Source of the DNA: Minisyncoccota bacterium
GTDB lineage: Bacteria > Patescibacteriota > Minisyncoccia > Phycocordibacterales > UBA918
Length of the DNA: 42,779 nt
Assembly: GCA_021734905.1 (NCBI GenBank)
Contig: JAIPIB010000007.1
Coordinates: 1-42,779 of the forward strand
Direction of reading: 5' to 3'
The notes beneath the pieces are model-generated. The model did not search any database, was not told the origin of the DNA, and was given only the letters and a program-made list of their open reading frames with translations. Of this stretch, positions 25,270-34,157 are shown in pieces. The position numbers and the translations under genes were made by a program. Position 1 is the stretch's first letter. Each line of letters starts with the position of its first letter.

Positions 25270-25298
25270 ACACTATCGTCTCTTTCATTTTTTGTCAA
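25270..25298 (-). promoter_or_regulatory. Putative sigma70-type promoter of paralog B
   Basis: Minus strand TTGACA (25293-25298) - 17 nt - TAGTGT (25270-25275). Confidence 0.45.
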
Positions 25299-25395
25299 CG
25301 AATTATAAGACTTTTATAGATAATATGGCGTTTTTCCGAAAGACCTTTCAATGTAGCATTGACGATGTAACGTAATTTTCTGATAAAGGGTTTAA

Positions 25396-25440
25396 AAACA
25401 AGCAAAAAGCACCCAAATGGGTGCTTTTTGCTTGTTTTTG
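25396..25440. terminator. Strong hairpin terminator (21-bp perfect stem including A/T runs)
   Basis: AAAAACAAGCAAAAAGCACCC-AAAT-GGGTGCTTTTTGCTTGTTTTT; 8 nt downstream of the stop at 25449 on the minus strand. Confidence 0.8.
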
Positions 25441-25448
25441 TTTTCTAC

Positions 25449-25688
25449 TTATTCAGCTGCGGGTGCTTCAGTTTCTGTTTCTACTGCATCTGTTGCAGGC
25501 ATATCTGTTGCCGGAGCATCAGTTGTAGTAACTTCCTCGGGGGTTACTGTTTCTGTTGTTTCATCTGTCATAGTCGTGATTGGTGTTAAAACTGATAATC
25601 CGACCAGCTGTGAGTATACCCTATTTGAACACACATTCCAAGTAAATAAAGGGCTTTTCTTACTTTGAATGAATCGCCGGCATTTCAT
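25449..25688 (-). CDS. Possible small protein with a basic N-terminus and T/E/A/P/D-rich acidic tail (start uncertain: 25688 or 25571)
   Basis: SD AGGAG 9 nt upstream of ATG 25688; dedicated terminator. The low-complexity sequence makes coding status uncertain. Confidence 0.35.
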   Translation of the reverse strand: MKCRRFIQSKKSPLFTWNVCSNRVYSQLVGLSVLTPITTMTDETTETVTPEEVTTTDAPATDMPATDAVETETEAPAAE

Positions 25689-25713
25689 TTTTAATGGCTC
25701 CTATCAACGATAA

Positions 25714-26934
25714 TCACTCCATATCAAGGATAAGCCCTCCCCATGTAAAATCATGAGCACCATGACCCTTTCCTGAGCGAGCGTCATAAAATTCCCTAAA
25801 TCCTGAGATAGTGATTAGGCCGACAGTTTTTTCTTTAATTGTTGCTGCCAAATCATGGAAACCATAATCCTTAAGACCTTTGTAAATAAACCAATTAATT
25901 GCAGTCCATGTCGGACCTCTCCAAAGGTCATCATTTGTATACGTTTGCTCGTGATGCGAGACAGACGGAATGGGAAATTGTGTAAAAAATTTATCTTTAT
26001 TAAGGAGATATTTTTCTACTAGTATTTTTGCTTCCTCTTTATGAAGAATTCCTGCATACAGTGGCATAAACAGCCCCCATGTTTCAATAAGTACCTTCTC
26101 CTGATCTTCTCCTTGTAGTGAATAATACCAACACCCAATACCCATATGTAATTGCATCGATGCTTTCATCTGTTTGGCACAAAGACTAAAAACATCAGCT
26201 TCATTAGCTTCACCAATCTCGCGAGCAATGGACGAAAGAGCTTCAAGTGAACGTAGACAAATCGCGTTAAATGAGACATCTTCAACCCAGAAGTGATGCC
26301 GTGTACATTTTTGAACTTCAAAATGACATGCTGCATGTTCGCGAACTCTATCAATCCTTCGGTGAAGACTCTCAGCTGGCGTCTGTTTTGAAGTTAGTCC
26401 CTGTAACACATCGAAACGTGGAGAATTATCTTCACCTGATTCATCAGGGTTGATAATCCCCAAAAGTCCGTGGCCACTATAATTTCGTTCTGTCAGTAAA
26501 CATAAGTAATAAGCGCGTACTGCTGGATAAATTTCATTCAAAAATGCAATATCGTGTGTACGAGTATGGAGATGCCAGATTGCAGTAGCAAGGAGTGGTG
26601 GTTGTGTTATGGAACTGACACCAACTGTTCCCCATGCCTGCGTTAACACATCACCTTCATTTTCTCTCCCCCACTTTATGGTTTGATATGCTTCATCCCA
26701 GTAAATCATATGGGGAATAAGTCCATTCGCAAGTGGTTTTGCAAGGACTGAACGTAATTCATTTTGTGCGAGCGTACTATCCAGATGAGAAAGAATGATC
26801 GAATGAAAACAAGAATCCCAAAACCATTGAAAGGGGTAATGCTCTGGTGAAGGAACGGTGTACATAAAATCACCAGAAACACGTCTATTTCCCTGCATAA
26901 GTTTCTCAACATGGTCAGTAAACTTCGCATTCAT
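25714..26934 (-). CDS. GH63-like / MGH1-like (alpha/alpha)6 glycoside hydrolase (glucosyl- or mannosylglycerate hydrolase / trehalase-like)
   Basis: FQWFWDSCFH, WRGPTWTAINW and a DxxE-rich six-hairpin pattern recognised by eye. Confidence 0.7.
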   Translation of the reverse strand: MNAKFTDHVEKLMQGNRRVSGDFMYTVPSPEHYPFQWFWDSCFHSIILSHLDSTLAQNELRSVLAKPLANGLIPHMIYWDEAYQTIKWGRENEGDVLTQAWGTVGVSSITQPPLLATAIWHLHTRTHDIAFLNEIYPAVRAYYLCLLTERNYSGHGLLGIINPDESGEDNSPRFDVLQGLTSKQTPAESLHRRIDRVREHAACHFEVQKCTRHHFWVEDVSFNAICLRSLEALSSIAREIGEANEADVFSLCAKQMKASMQLHMGIGCWYYSLQGEDQEKVLIETWGLFMPLYAGILHKEEAKILVEKYLLNKDKFFTQFPIPSVSHHEQTYTNDDLWRGPTWTAINWFIYKGLKDYGFHDLAATIKEKTVGLITISGFREFYDARSGKGHGAHDFTWGGLILDME

Positions 26935-27001
26935 ATTATTTTAATTGTACGCTTTTATGACCCCTCTGTTCACTTTGTTGGGGACAAATAAAATATGACG
27001 C

Positions 27002-27316
27002 TTATTTTAAAAGTTCCTTTTCAAGTCGAATCATTTCATCCAAAAATGCTTTCGAAAGGTCTATCTTATATTCAACAGACAGAAGGAGTGTTGCCCACAA
27101 AATCTCAGCAAGTTCGTGTTCAAGATTTTTATTTAAATCAGAGACTTCTCTAAAACCTTCCTTAGCTAAAACAAGTCTTCCTAAGTCACCAACATCAGAT
27201 ACAAGTCCTGCATATGTTTCTTCTGCGGTCCATGCTTTATACGACTTCTTCTTCTCAAAGTCAGAATATAAGCCTTTAATATGAAGAGCTTTTTTTGTTA
27301 AATCTGGAATATTCAT
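27002..27316 (-). CDS. MazG-like all-alpha nucleotide pyrophosphohydrolase
   Basis: 104 aa; AEETYAGLVSDVGDL and EHELAEILW...DL acidic helix motifs; ATGA overlap with the upstream ORF. Confidence 0.7.
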   Translation of the reverse strand: MNIPDLTKKALHIKGLYSDFEKKKSYKAWTAEETYAGLVSDVGDLGRLVLAKEGFREVSDLNKNLEHELAEILWATLLLSVEYKIDLSKAFLDEMIRLEKELLK

Positions 27317-28503
27317 TTTATGTCTCTATCGGCTTTAATATCTTTGATAGTGTATTCTTTATTGAGTGATATGTTACGCATAACTCGATTGACAGTCCAT
27401 CCAATAAAAGCAAGGAGGGCAAAATAAAAGAGTCCAACAAGCTTAAATTGTGGAAGTTCTGTCTTTGAAAATAGTCCAAGCAAGGTGGCTCCAACGCCCA
27501 TAGATGTAACCACCGTCAAGTTTTGAATCGAACTGTTCGTCGCTTTTGCCTGAAGATCTCCGAATACACTCAATGCTGAGTCAACGTATGTCTTTGTCAT
27601 ACGCCATATTTCCTTTACGTAACCAAGTGTATCATTGAGTGTTTCATGCTTGAATTGCATTACGCCGATAAACTTCTCCATCTTTGGATTATTTCGTACT
27701 ATTGCGCCACGCGTATTAATATATGCTCCCATCTGATTAATCCTCGTATCAATCATATTAATGGTTTTCTGGTAGCCCTCAATTTTTTCTTTGAAACCAG
27801 AAATTTCTTTGCCTTGTATCTTGCCGCGCTCTTTTACCTCTGCAATATTCTCCCAAATTACTCTATGCAGGTTCAAATATCGGTGCATTTGTGACTTAAA
27901 TTCACGTATGAAAATTTGTTCACCAATAAACTGTTCAATGGTCTCCATTTTTTCACCTTTTGTGTTAATAATATAGAGTGTATCTCCACGATGAATTTCA
28001 AAGGTCGGTTTTTTGACTTCAAAATGTTTTGTCTGCCCAAACTCTTTAATTAAACCATCAATATCTTTTACCGATGCTTTTTCAAGTACAATAAAATATG
28101 GGTAAACAGTCTTAATATTTGCCAATTCCTTTGGAATAGGAGCTCCAAGGCTAAAAACATAACTGAGACCTTCCGAAAGTGCCTTTTCATAATACTCAGT
28201 CAGTAATGAAATAGTCTCTTTAATCCCATTTTTTGAATCTTCTGAATCATGCCCAATCAAAATCAGTCCGTCTTCAAAAATTTTTAATGATATCCCATCC
28301 TCCGTCATGGCGTGAATATACTCAAAGTCTGAATGAATATCCTCTACACTAACAAGACGAAGATTATCTTTTAGACTCTTTAATTTCTGCTTATCGAGAT
28401 TTAGTGGTGACTCTCCACTGGTCATAAAATCATAGATCTCAGACAAATGCAGTGTGGTCCGTTGAAACCAGCTTCCAATATATATTCTTTTTACATCAAG
28501 CAT
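27313..28503 (-). CDS. Hypothetical membrane protein with CorA-like topology (large soluble N-domain, coiled coil, two C-terminal TM helices)
   Basis: 396 aa; C-terminal VVTSMGVGATLLGLF and LVGLFYFALLAFIGW helices; no GMN motif. Confidence 0.6.
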   Translation of the reverse strand: MLDVKRIYIGSWFQRTTLHLSEIYDFMTSGESPLNLDKQKLKSLKDNLRLVSVEDIHSDFEYIHAMTEDGISLKIFEDGLILIGHDSEDSKNGIKETISLLTEYYEKALSEGLSYVFSLGAPIPKELANIKTVYPYFIVLEKASVKDIDGLIKEFGQTKHFEVKKPTFEIHRGDTLYIINTKGEKMETIEQFIGEQIFIREFKSQMHRYLNLHRVIWENIAEVKERGKIQGKEISGFKEKIEGYQKTINMIDTRINQMGAYINTRGAIVRNNPKMEKFIGVMQFKHETLNDTLGYVKEIWRMTKTYVDSALSVFGDLQAKATNSSIQNLTVVTSMGVGATLLGLFSKTELPQFKLVGLFYFALLAFIGWTVNRVMRNISLNKEYTIKDIKADRDIK

Positions 28504-28576
28504 ACCAGTAGTATAACCTACCCAAAATTACATTTGAGCTTTTTAACAACACCCTCTACACACCAATTGTCTGGGA

Positions 28577-29314
28577 TTATTTCTTAGTGAATCCTTCCAT
28601 CGCGCGCAGTGCTTCCATAGGGATCATGTACACAATAGTATTACTTTGGTCTGAAGACATGTCATTTATTGACTGGAGTGTCCTCAGATGAAGTGCTCCT
28701 GGTGTTGCAGAAAGAACCGCTGCGGCTCTGGAGATATTCTCTGAAGCTGCCAGTTCTCCTTCTGAATTGATGATTACAGCCCTCTTTTCTCTTTCCGCCT
28801 CTGCTTGTTTCCCTATTGTCCTCTCCATGTCAGCCGGAAGACTCACGTCTTTTAGTTCGACATTTTGGACTTTCAACCCCCAAGCATCTGTTTCTTTGTC
28901 GACAATTTCACGAATCCGTTCAGCAATCTTATCTCGACTTGATAACAGCTCATCAAGAGTAACCTCACCTACAATATTCCTCATTGTCGTCTGTGCATAC
29001 TGTGATATGGCGTATTGAAAATTTTCAACTTCAACAATGGCTTTATATGCATCCGAAACCTTGTAATAGATAACTGCGTTAACGCGCACTGTGACGTTAT
29101 CTCGGGTAATAGCGTTTTGATCTGGAACATCAACAGCCTTCGTCCGCACATCAACTTTTTGGTATCCCTGAATAATTGGAAAAACCAATCTCCATCCAGG
29201 CTCCATGATTGAGGTAAATTTTCCAAGAGTAAATCGTACCCCTTTTTGGTATTGATTTATCTGCCGAATACTGATAGTGATTAAAAATAGAGCGAGGAAT
29301 AAGAAATATGACAT
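28577..29314 (-). CDS. SPFH/band-7 (stomatin-like) protein
   Basis: N-terminal TM anchor, ITRDNVTVRVNAVIYYKV, AEAEREKRA coiled segment. Confidence 0.85.
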   Translation of the reverse strand: MSYFLFLALFLITISIRQINQYQKGVRFTLGKFTSIMEPGWRLVFPIIQGYQKVDVRTKAVDVPDQNAITRDNVTVRVNAVIYYKVSDAYKAIVEVENFQYAISQYAQTTMRNIVGEVTLDELLSSRDKIAERIREIVDKETDAWGLKVQNVELKDVSLPADMERTIGKQAEAEREKRAVIINSEGELAASENISRAAAVLSATPGALHLRTLQSINDMSSDQSNTIVYMIPMEALRAMEGFTKK

Positions 29315-29403
29315 AGAAAAAAATTACATAACTAATACCTGTATTATACCATTTTTACTACACATCCTTCAGGCACACAAAATGTCCGTGATATACTTTT
29401 TTT

Positions 29404-29619
29404 ATGATTATTCCACACGAAAAACATTCACGATCAGTCGTTAAATCTGTTGTATATCGTACACTGAGCATTTCGGCAGATTCATTAGTTGCTTACTTTT
29501 TTACAAGAAATGCCATAGCGACATTCACCATAGTCGCCATAGTAAATGGTTACAGTACTATTCTCTACTACCTACACGAACGCATTTGGGCGCACATCAC
29601 TTGGGGACAAAAGAAGTAA
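29404..29619 (+). CDS. DUF2061-family small membrane protein
   Basis: RSVVKSVVYR...LYYLHERIW motif. Confidence 0.7.
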   Translation: MIIPHEKHSRSVVKSVVYRTLSISADSLVAYFFTRNAIATFTIVAIVNGYSTILYYLHERIWAHITWGQKK

Positions 29620-29637
29620 AAATGTTTTAATAACGGA

Positions 29638-29874
29638 CTATTTCCGTGTTCCGTCTTGTTTAAAAAAAGTCCATACATAGTATTTTTCAACTTTTTCGCG
29701 TGCCCAATCTGTCTTACGCAGAAAAGTTAAACTCGATTTTACACTTGGGTTTTGTATAAAGCATTTAATTTTTATTTTCTTTCCTAATTCTTCCCATCCG
29801 AACTGAGCAACCAGCTCTTCAACAATGGTCTTAAGTGTGACCCCGTGCAGTGGATTATTTTTCTGTGATTCCAT
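29638..29874 (-). CDS. DUF2132 (VF530-like) small protein
   Basis: [21 protein letters not shown]...[23 protein letters not shown]. Confidence 0.75.
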   Translation of the reverse strand: MESQKNNPLHGVTLKTIVEELVAQFGWEELGKKIKIKCFIQNPSVKSSLTFLRKTDWAREKVEKYYVWTFFKQDGTRK

Positions 29875-29991
29875 AAAATGATTCTTGAGTATACATTACT
29901 ACAATAGCATCAAAAACACCCCACTATCTAAAGCGGTGTCAAAGTCCCATAATTCAAAATGTTTGATTAGTTAGTAAGTTTTCCAAAGAGC

Positions 29992-31965
29992 TTAGTTTTT
30001 GGGCAGCATAATAGTAAAGGTTGTTCCGTCCCCATATACACTTTTCACTGATATTTTTCCTCCATGCATATCAATAATTTTTTTACAGATAACGAGACCT
30101 AGTCCAGTCCCGTGTATCCCTTTAGATTTTTCATCTTTTACTCTATAGAACTTTTTGAAAAGATTTTTTAGATATTCCTTATGGACACCTATTCCTGTAT
30201 CCGAAATCATAATTTGGGCAAATTCTTTAGTATCTAAAAGCGAGATTTTAATAATATTCTTTTTTCCCTTTTCTGAATACTTAATTGCATTACTAAGAAG
30301 ATTTGAAATAACCTCTTCGAGCTCATCAGGAACACCCTGAACAATTACTTTTTCTGCTTTAGAGACTACTATTTCAATTTTTCCTTCAGCCACCTCACCG
30401 CTGAACGATGCAACGACTTCTTTAAGTAAACTCTGGAGTTCCACGTCATGTGTCTCTGCATGAGAAGATGCCTCAAGTCGATAAAGTCCAAGTAATTTTT
30501 TAATAAAAACTGAAATACGATTAATAGAGGTATCCAGAACATCAATTTTTGAAGTTTCATAGCCCTGTTTTCTAAGGAAAAATAGTTCCCCTTTCATGAT
30601 TGTAAGTGGTGTCTGGAGCCCGTGAGATATCTCAAGCATCATTGCTTCTTGGTCTTTTTGAAGTCGCTGAATTTCAGCGGTTCTCTCTGCAACTTTTACT
30701 TCAAGCGTATCCGCGTACTCCTTCACCGTAGCGTAGAGGCTCGCCTTCTCAATGGCGACGCCTGCCTGCACGCAAAACGTATGAAGTAAAGACATGTCTT
30801 CACTTGAATATGCGTCACCCGAAAGTTTCTGCCCGAGATAAAGTACCCCAATTTTCTTTTTACCACATTTTATTGGAATAGAAATTTCGTATACTTCTCG
30901 AGATGGTAGTGGTTGAGGTTCCATCCAAAAGATCGGGTCTTTAACCTTGAGTGATTGCTCAAGAATTGCTGTAGTTTTTTTAAGAATAGAGTCTCTAACA
31001 ATATTTTCATTGAGCACAGATGCGAGCTCCTCAAGCACGGTCGCATAATCATAACGATCTTTAAAAAAAATACGTGACGTTACTTTTTGAAAATATGTCT
31101 TGAGAGGAGGGACGCCAAAAATCCCAACAAGAGCAGTTACAGCCGCGCTTATAACGGAATCAATTTCTGTTGTAACGCTAAATATAAATTGAGTCGCAAA
31201 AAGAAGTATGACGTATACACCGACAATGAGTGAAATGAGTACTGAATAGACGAGGCCTCGCTGGATGATTACCTTAATATTCAAAAACTCATGACGTACT
31301 ATTGCATAGGCAATAAGAGTGCTCATGATAATACTCCCCAAAGGACCAAATTTTGACCAATTTGCGTTCCCAGTAATAAACGGAAGGATTGCATTGGTAA
31401 AAACTGCAAAAAAAAGAAAAGTCCCCCACCCAGTAAGAACGTATCCAATCTGTATTTTTTCTCTTCCACAGAGATGAAGATAATCTTGTATAAAGTTTGC
31501 TGTGGTATGAATTATTAACACAAGATAAAGAGCGACAACATACAGATACATTGGTCCAATAACAACCTCAGAGATACCTATTTTGGGATCAAGACTTACT
31601 TGTTCAACAATTGCTGATCCAAATGATGCAACTGAAAATAATATTGTCAAAACTAGATAAATCCATAGTGCGCCGCGCCTTCGAATGCGTTTTGTCGGAA
31701 ATTCAAAAGAAAAATATAGAATAAACCAACACATAAAAAGAGCGAGTGGAAATGCTGCTCGTGTCCAAAAAAGTGCACTCTCAAGGGTACTACTTGTATC
31801 AGCCATATAATTTCCCGTCGCCCACAGAACAAGAGCTAAGATACTTCCCGCAAAAACAAATGTGTGTGTGTTCAATGATATTCCGTCTCTTTTTCTAAGT
31901 ACAAAGCCAAGGAGGCTCAAATTAATGATATTTGTAATTGCAGTAATAATTAGTGATAGACTCAT
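29992..31965 (-). CDS. Sensor histidine kinase (multi-TM N-domain, GAF-like, HisKA, HATPase_c)
   Basis: About 7 N-terminal TM helices; H-box EISHGLQTPLT; N-box LLSNAIKYS; G1 DTGIGV; G2 GTGLGL. Confidence 0.9.
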   Translation of the reverse strand: MSLSLIITAITNIINLSLLGFVLRKRDGISLNTHTFVFAGSILALVLWATGNYMADTSSTLESALFWTRAAFPLALFMCWFILYFSFEFPTKRIRRRGALWIYLVLTILFSVASFGSAIVEQVSLDPKIGISEVVIGPMYLYVVALYLVLIIHTTANFIQDYLHLCGREKIQIGYVLTGWGTFLFFAVFTNAILPFITGNANWSKFGPLGSIIMSTLIAYAIVRHEFLNIKVIIQRGLVYSVLISLIVGVYVILLFATQFIFSVTTEIDSVISAAVTALVGIFGVPPLKTYFQKVTSRIFFKDRYDYATVLEELASVLNENIVRDSILKKTTAILEQSLKVKDPIFWMEPQPLPSREVYEISIPIKCGKKKIGVLYLGQKLSGDAYSSEDMSLLHTFCVQAGVAIEKASLYATVKEYADTLEVKVAERTAEIQRLQKDQEAMMLEISHGLQTPLTIMKGELFFLRKQGYETSKIDVLDTSINRISVFIKKLLGLYRLEASSHAETHDVELQSLLKEVVASFSGEVAEGKIEIVVSKAEKVIVQGVPDELEEVISNLLSNAIKYSEKGKKNIIKISLLDTKEFAQIMISDTGIGVHKEYLKNLFKKFYRVKDEKSKGIHGTGLGLVICKKIIDMHGGKISVKSVYGDGTTFTIMLPKN

Positions 31966-32013
31966 GAAATATAATTAGTTTAATTGTACACAATACGAGA
32001 CTCGTGCGCATCT

Positions 32014-32052
32014 TAAAAAAACCCGTGACACACAGTCATGCGTGTCACGGGT
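32014..32052 (-). terminator. Intrinsic terminator of the pseudo-kinase gene
   Basis: ACCCGTGACAC (32021-32031) / GTGTCACGGGT (32042-32052); minus strand followed by TTTTTTT. Confidence 0.8.
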
Positions 32053-32067
32053 AATCCCAATGAGTCT

Positions 32068-32880
32068 CTATGAAGCTGCCGGCAAACAAACCATCCTGTT
32101 TGTTATTGCTCCATGCATAGAACGAATAAACAATGCACCCCCACAAAGACGAGCAAGAAGAGCAGACCTTAAAAGGCCTATCCCTGTATCTTTCAAAGAA
32201 GATCTTTCCACAAATGGCGGACCAACAATGTCTTTGTTAGTGCCAATGCTCGTACCTCCAACCGAAATACAAACACAGGCTTCATTACCGAAATATTGAC
32301 GAATATTTTCATCAGCCCTTCTCCGTAAGGGATGAATAGTAATCGTGACTTTTTTTTCAGCAGAAGTACCTGCCACTCCGGTATTCCACCACTGATTCGA
32401 CTGTTGAGCATTCCAGATCAGATTGAGAAGGGTTTGTTGCAGACCAAAATCGTTTACATCTACTTTTCGGTCTCCGCTTAAATCCTTTGTTTCAATAACG
32501 ACCCCCTTAAGTACCACCGCCGCAATTTCCACAATTTCTTTAACAACCTTCTCTGGAAGGACTTTCTCTGAAGTCATTCCTTCTGATGAACCTAACCTGA
32601 AAACTTCTTTGCACAACTGAGAAATTCGTTCAACCGCATCTCCGAACATCTCGATGTACCCAGCAGCGACCTCGTCAGGTTTCCCTTTTCCCAAACGACG
32701 GCTGATAAGAAAACTGAGTCCTCTTACTTGGCAGCAAAGGTTTTCAAGTGCCTGCACATTTCCTTGATCATCGCGCGCCAATCGAATTGGTTGTTTCTCC
32801 ATAACGTTGCTACTATTTTCAGACGAACTGTCAAGAAAAAGCTCTTTGCCATTAGGTACGGCAGCCGATAGTGTTTGCAT
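32068..32880 (-). CDS. Soluble histidine-kinase-like protein with degenerate H-box (His->Gln) and G1 box (pseudo-kinase)
   Basis: By-eye alignment to the 33138-33980 product: VQALENLC vs VHDIKNFC; ISVGGTSIGT vs [10 protein letters not shown]; N-box LLNLIWNA and G2 DTGIGL retained. SD GAGGAG upstream. Confidence 0.7.
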   Translation of the reverse strand: MQTLSAAVPNGKELFLDSSSENSSNVMEKQPIRLARDDQGNVQALENLCCQVRGLSFLISRRLGKGKPDEVAAGYIEMFGDAVERISQLCKEVFRLGSSEGMTSEKVLPEKVVKEIVEIAAVVLKGVVIETKDLSGDRKVDVNDFGLQQTLLNLIWNAQQSNQWWNTGVAGTSAEKKVTITIHPLRRRADENIRQYFGNEACVCISVGGTSIGTNKDIVGPPFVERSSLKDTGIGLLRSALLARLCGGALFIRSMHGAITNRMVCLPAAS

Positions 32881-32974
32881 TTTGTTTCTCCTCAGAATGA
32901 CAACGAACTAAATGGGAGGTATTGGAACAGTGAAAATTTACTAAGGCCACCATAGCAAAGACTTCCTCTACTCC

Positions 32975-33048
32975 AGTTCAAGCAAAGATAAAATATTTAT
33001 TAAGAAAAAGAATAATATAATGATAATATGGCTTAAACTGGTTGTTCC
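32975..33048. repeat. 74-bp repeat, copy A (upstream of the pseudo-kinase gene)
   Basis: 72/74 identical to 34084-34157. Confidence 0.9.
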
Positions 33049-33088
33049 TATATAATAAAATTATAATGAGTTATATATCCTACGGAAC

Positions 33089-33117
33089 AAAAAACCCGTA
33101 GCGCGAACGCTACGGGT
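33089..33117 (-). terminator. Intrinsic terminator of the minimal kinase gene
   Basis: ACCCGTAGCG-CGAA-CGCTACGGGT; T-runs on both sides. Confidence 0.8.
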
Positions 33118-33137
33118 GAATTTTTACCGCAGAATGT

Positions 33138-33980
33138 TTATACAGCGATGGGAAGACAAAGTGTTACTCGAGTCCCAACATCAATTTTCGTCCGAACAAT
33201 CAATGATCCTCCATGAAGATCGGCAATGTGCGCCGACATAAAGAGACCAAGACCTGTCCCTTTTTCAACAGGTTTCGTCGTAAAAAACGGTTTTGCAATT
33301 TGCAAAAGAACATCTTCACTCATTCCATCCCCATTATCATCAACCGAAATACCAACATATTGACTATGTTCGGAACACTCAAGCATCTCTTCTTTGAAAC
33401 CACGAACCATCGGATGTATCTGGATTGTGATTTTTCCTCCCTCACGGATTTTGGACGAAACAGGATCTGAAAGTGCATAGCGCGCGTTGCGTATCAAATT
33501 CAACATGATTTGTTGTAATTGAAAAGCACTAATGTTTACTTTCACACCTTCATACCGATAGAATGTTTCATGATTAACCCCTGAAAGGGTCACTGTTGCC
33601 ATCATGAGAGCCATAGTAACAGCATGGTCAAGAAATATTGGGTCAACGATACGAATCTTTGATGACCCAAACTCAAGCATGCTGTCACAAAGGGCGACAA
33701 TTTCATCAACAGAATTTGCTATCGAAACAAGGTGCTCCGTCACTTTACTGTAATCTCGGTCGTTCATTCTGCGCAATGCAAGAAACTCCAATCCTTTTGC
33801 TTCTTGACAAAAATTTTTAATATCATGCACAGCACCAGCAGTGAGTTGCCCGAGGGCAACAAGCCGGTTTTTCTCCTGTTCTTTGTCCTTACAATTCTGC
33901 GTAACAATTCTGCGACTTGGCCAATCATTACATTGACGGGGCTCAAGGTCATTAAGGACACTGGTTTCTATTCTAGACAT
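33138..33980 (-). CDS. Soluble minimal histidine kinase (no sensor domain)
   Basis: Start set at MSRIET (SD TAGGAGAA). H-box [12 protein letters not shown]-box LNLIRNA, G1 DDNGDGM, G2 GTGLGL. Confidence 0.85.
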   Translation of the reverse strand: MSRIETSVLNDLEPRQCNDWPSRRIVTQNCKDKEQEKNRLVALGQLTAGAVHDIKNFCQEAKGLEFLALRRMNDRDYSKVTEHLVSIANSVDEIVALCDSMLEFGSSKIRIVDPIFLDHAVTMALMMATVTLSGVNHETFYRYEGVKVNISAFQLQQIMLNLIRNARYALSDPVSSKIREGGKITIQIHPMVRGFKEEMLECSEHSQYVGISVDDNGDGMSEDVLLQIAKPFFTTKPVEKGTGLGLFMSAHIADLHGGSLIVRTKIDVGTRVTLCLPIAV

Positions 33981-34083
33981 TATTCTTCTCCTAGTTTTAA
34001 AAATTACAATGAACACATAGCTAATATAAAATTAGCCCGTCCAAAACGTACTTTTGCAAACATATCAGTACGACCTTCACTAA

Positions 34084-34157
34084 AGTTCAAGCAAAGATAA
34101 AATATTCATTAAGAAAAAGAATAATACAATGATAATATGGCTTAAACTGGTTGTTCC
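34084..34157. repeat. 74-bp repeat, copy B (includes the last 16 nt of the atypical regulator gene)
   Basis: 72/74 identical to 32975-33048. Confidence 0.9.
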
